Assembly: GCA_002269645.1 (NCBI GenBank)
Contig: NIVC01001488.1
Span: 54,784 to 118,783 of the forward strand
Length of the DNA stretch: 64,000 nucleotides
Direction: 5' to 3'
DNA from: Macrostomum lignano
Taxonomy: Eukaryota
Made by a program: the position numbers and the translations under genes. Of the stretch, positions 62,481 to 64,000 are shown one piece after another. Position 1 is the first letter of the stretch. Each line of letters opens with the position of its first letter. The notes under the pieces were generated by a model that saw nothing but the letters and a program-made list of their open reading frames with translations, had not been told where the DNA came from and did not search any database.

Positions 62481-63759
62481 ACATACTACTTGAAGTAGCT
62501 GCAAAGGCGCCAAGAGATGTGCAACAAGGTAATAACAGGCAATAAAATAATTTATGCGGACAAGCAGGTAGTCAGAAAAATCAATCAGAGATCCCAGCCG
62601 CCCTCTCACAGCACTGCAGCCAATTAGCAATTTGAAATTTCTGCAGCTCTATAAAAGCTCAAGCGACAATAAAATCCGGTAAGCCCAAATTATGAGCAGT
62701 TTTATGTCGGCTGCAGAGTGCGCTGGGCGTTGCAGAAGCAGCTGGGAGACGGTTCCCGGGAAACTCCCCACTCATCCCTAAAACCCCACGGAGTAAAAGA
62801 GGGCGTGGACTGCAGGAGCAGGGGACCGGGCGAGCGCTCAGACTCAGCCATTACGAGTATTGCCAAACTCCATCAGGCCCAAGTGCATTTTAGGCTTTTG
62901 TGAATTTTCCAAAGCATTATTCTCTTTTTTCTCACTTCTCCAGCAGCCAAGACCTGCCGGACCAGGTGCTCCGCTTCTCAAACTGCCTTGCGCTGCCTGC
63001 ATTTAGACAGCAAAAAAAGCAAACAGCGTGGAGGCGAAGAAGGCGGATGGATGGGGGAGAGGAGGCTGAGCAGCGGTAAAGAATCCTGTATCCACGAGCG
63101 CTTTAAACACGATCGCTGCCTGCCTATCCGGCATGCACTTTTTATGCGAATAATAATCAGGAGCTGCACTGTGCACATTGGACAATGAGAAAGTCGTACA
63201 GTTGTCTGCAATTGAGACACAGCGGCTGATTGAAAACTGACTACAGACTCCACTAAGTAGACCCAGGAACCAGCTTCTAACCTGTACAACTCAAAGCCTA
63301 ATAAATTATAAAATTTAGAAATTGGACAATAAAAAGCTATTGCAAAATGCAATACATTTGTGAGTTAGAATCCCAGAATGAGACAAGCAGCAGAAGGAAG
63401 GTAGGCATGAGAACTGCTTCCGCAAAGCAATGCTACGTAGATGAGCCCGGGGCTGTGTAAACTTTTAGAATTGCCAAGTACAAGATCAGGGTAGTGGAGC
63501 CAGACAGACAGACGGAAAAAAGTTAGTTCGGAAACTTGCACTCCAGAGAATACTTCTGGGACAAATTCTTATTCAATTAGATGACCTTGACTTGATCCAC
63601 GACCATGTGACTAAAATACATTGACTTCGCGGTCTTGCACTTTTAAGCATCGATAACTTGAGGGACCACGGAATATACATGTACAATCCGCAAGTGCGGA
63701 ATCACGTGCATTCTGAAGGACGCCATTGCGATCACTTAAACTAAAAAGCAACCCTGGAA

Positions 63760-64000
63760 TTACGTGACCTACAGAAGCAACCTTGGGATCACGTGACCTA
63801 CAGAAGTAACCTTGCGATCACGTGACCTACAGAAGCAACCTTGGATCACGTGACCTACAGAAGCAACCTTGGGATCACGTGACCTATAGAAGTAACCTTG
63901 CGATCACGTGACCTACAGAAGTAACCTTGGAATCACGTGACTACAGAAGTAACCTTGAGATCACGTGACCTACAGAAGCGGCCTTGGAATCATGTCAACT
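63760..64000. repeat. 29-30 bp minisatellite GATCACGTGACCTACAGAAGTAACCTTGG
   Basis: Runs to the window edge. Confidence 0.9.

Noticed and set aside
62645-63410. TATA box followed by donor-like sites (62680s, ~63400) suggesting the 5' end of a + strand gene
   Set aside because: No recognisable coding sequence within the window, so it cannot be supported.

Overview
Eukaryotic (metazoan) DNA. GC-rich exons, short AT-rich introns (~71-76 nt), minisatellite-filled long introns and TTAGGG tracts fit a flatworm such as Macrostomum (inference only). Four spliced genes can be modelled by hand. (1) + strand, <1-22160: a DEG/ENaC channel whose extracellular finger region carries two kringle domains, the first split by a WSC-domain exon. 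It has two in-frame TAA codons, so it is probably a pseudogene copy. Its first visible intron holds a 17.3-kb nest of non-autonomous Helitrons (383-17695): a host copy interrupted by a head-to-tail A-A-B-B concatemer, each copy carrying minisatellites and a tRNA-like module. (2) + strand, 22906-24544: a divergent actin with three CArG boxes, a TATA box and a 1-nt homopolymer frameshift. (3) - strand, 29321-24963: a three-exon apolipoprotein-L-like gene. (4) - strand, ~55207-32845: rootletin/CROCC, ~2,180 aa, with a duplicated VLxYKKK exon pair and a different minisatellite in many introns. Two MITEs and a tRNA-derived SINE head are also present. All domain calls come from motif recognition by eye; no database search was run.
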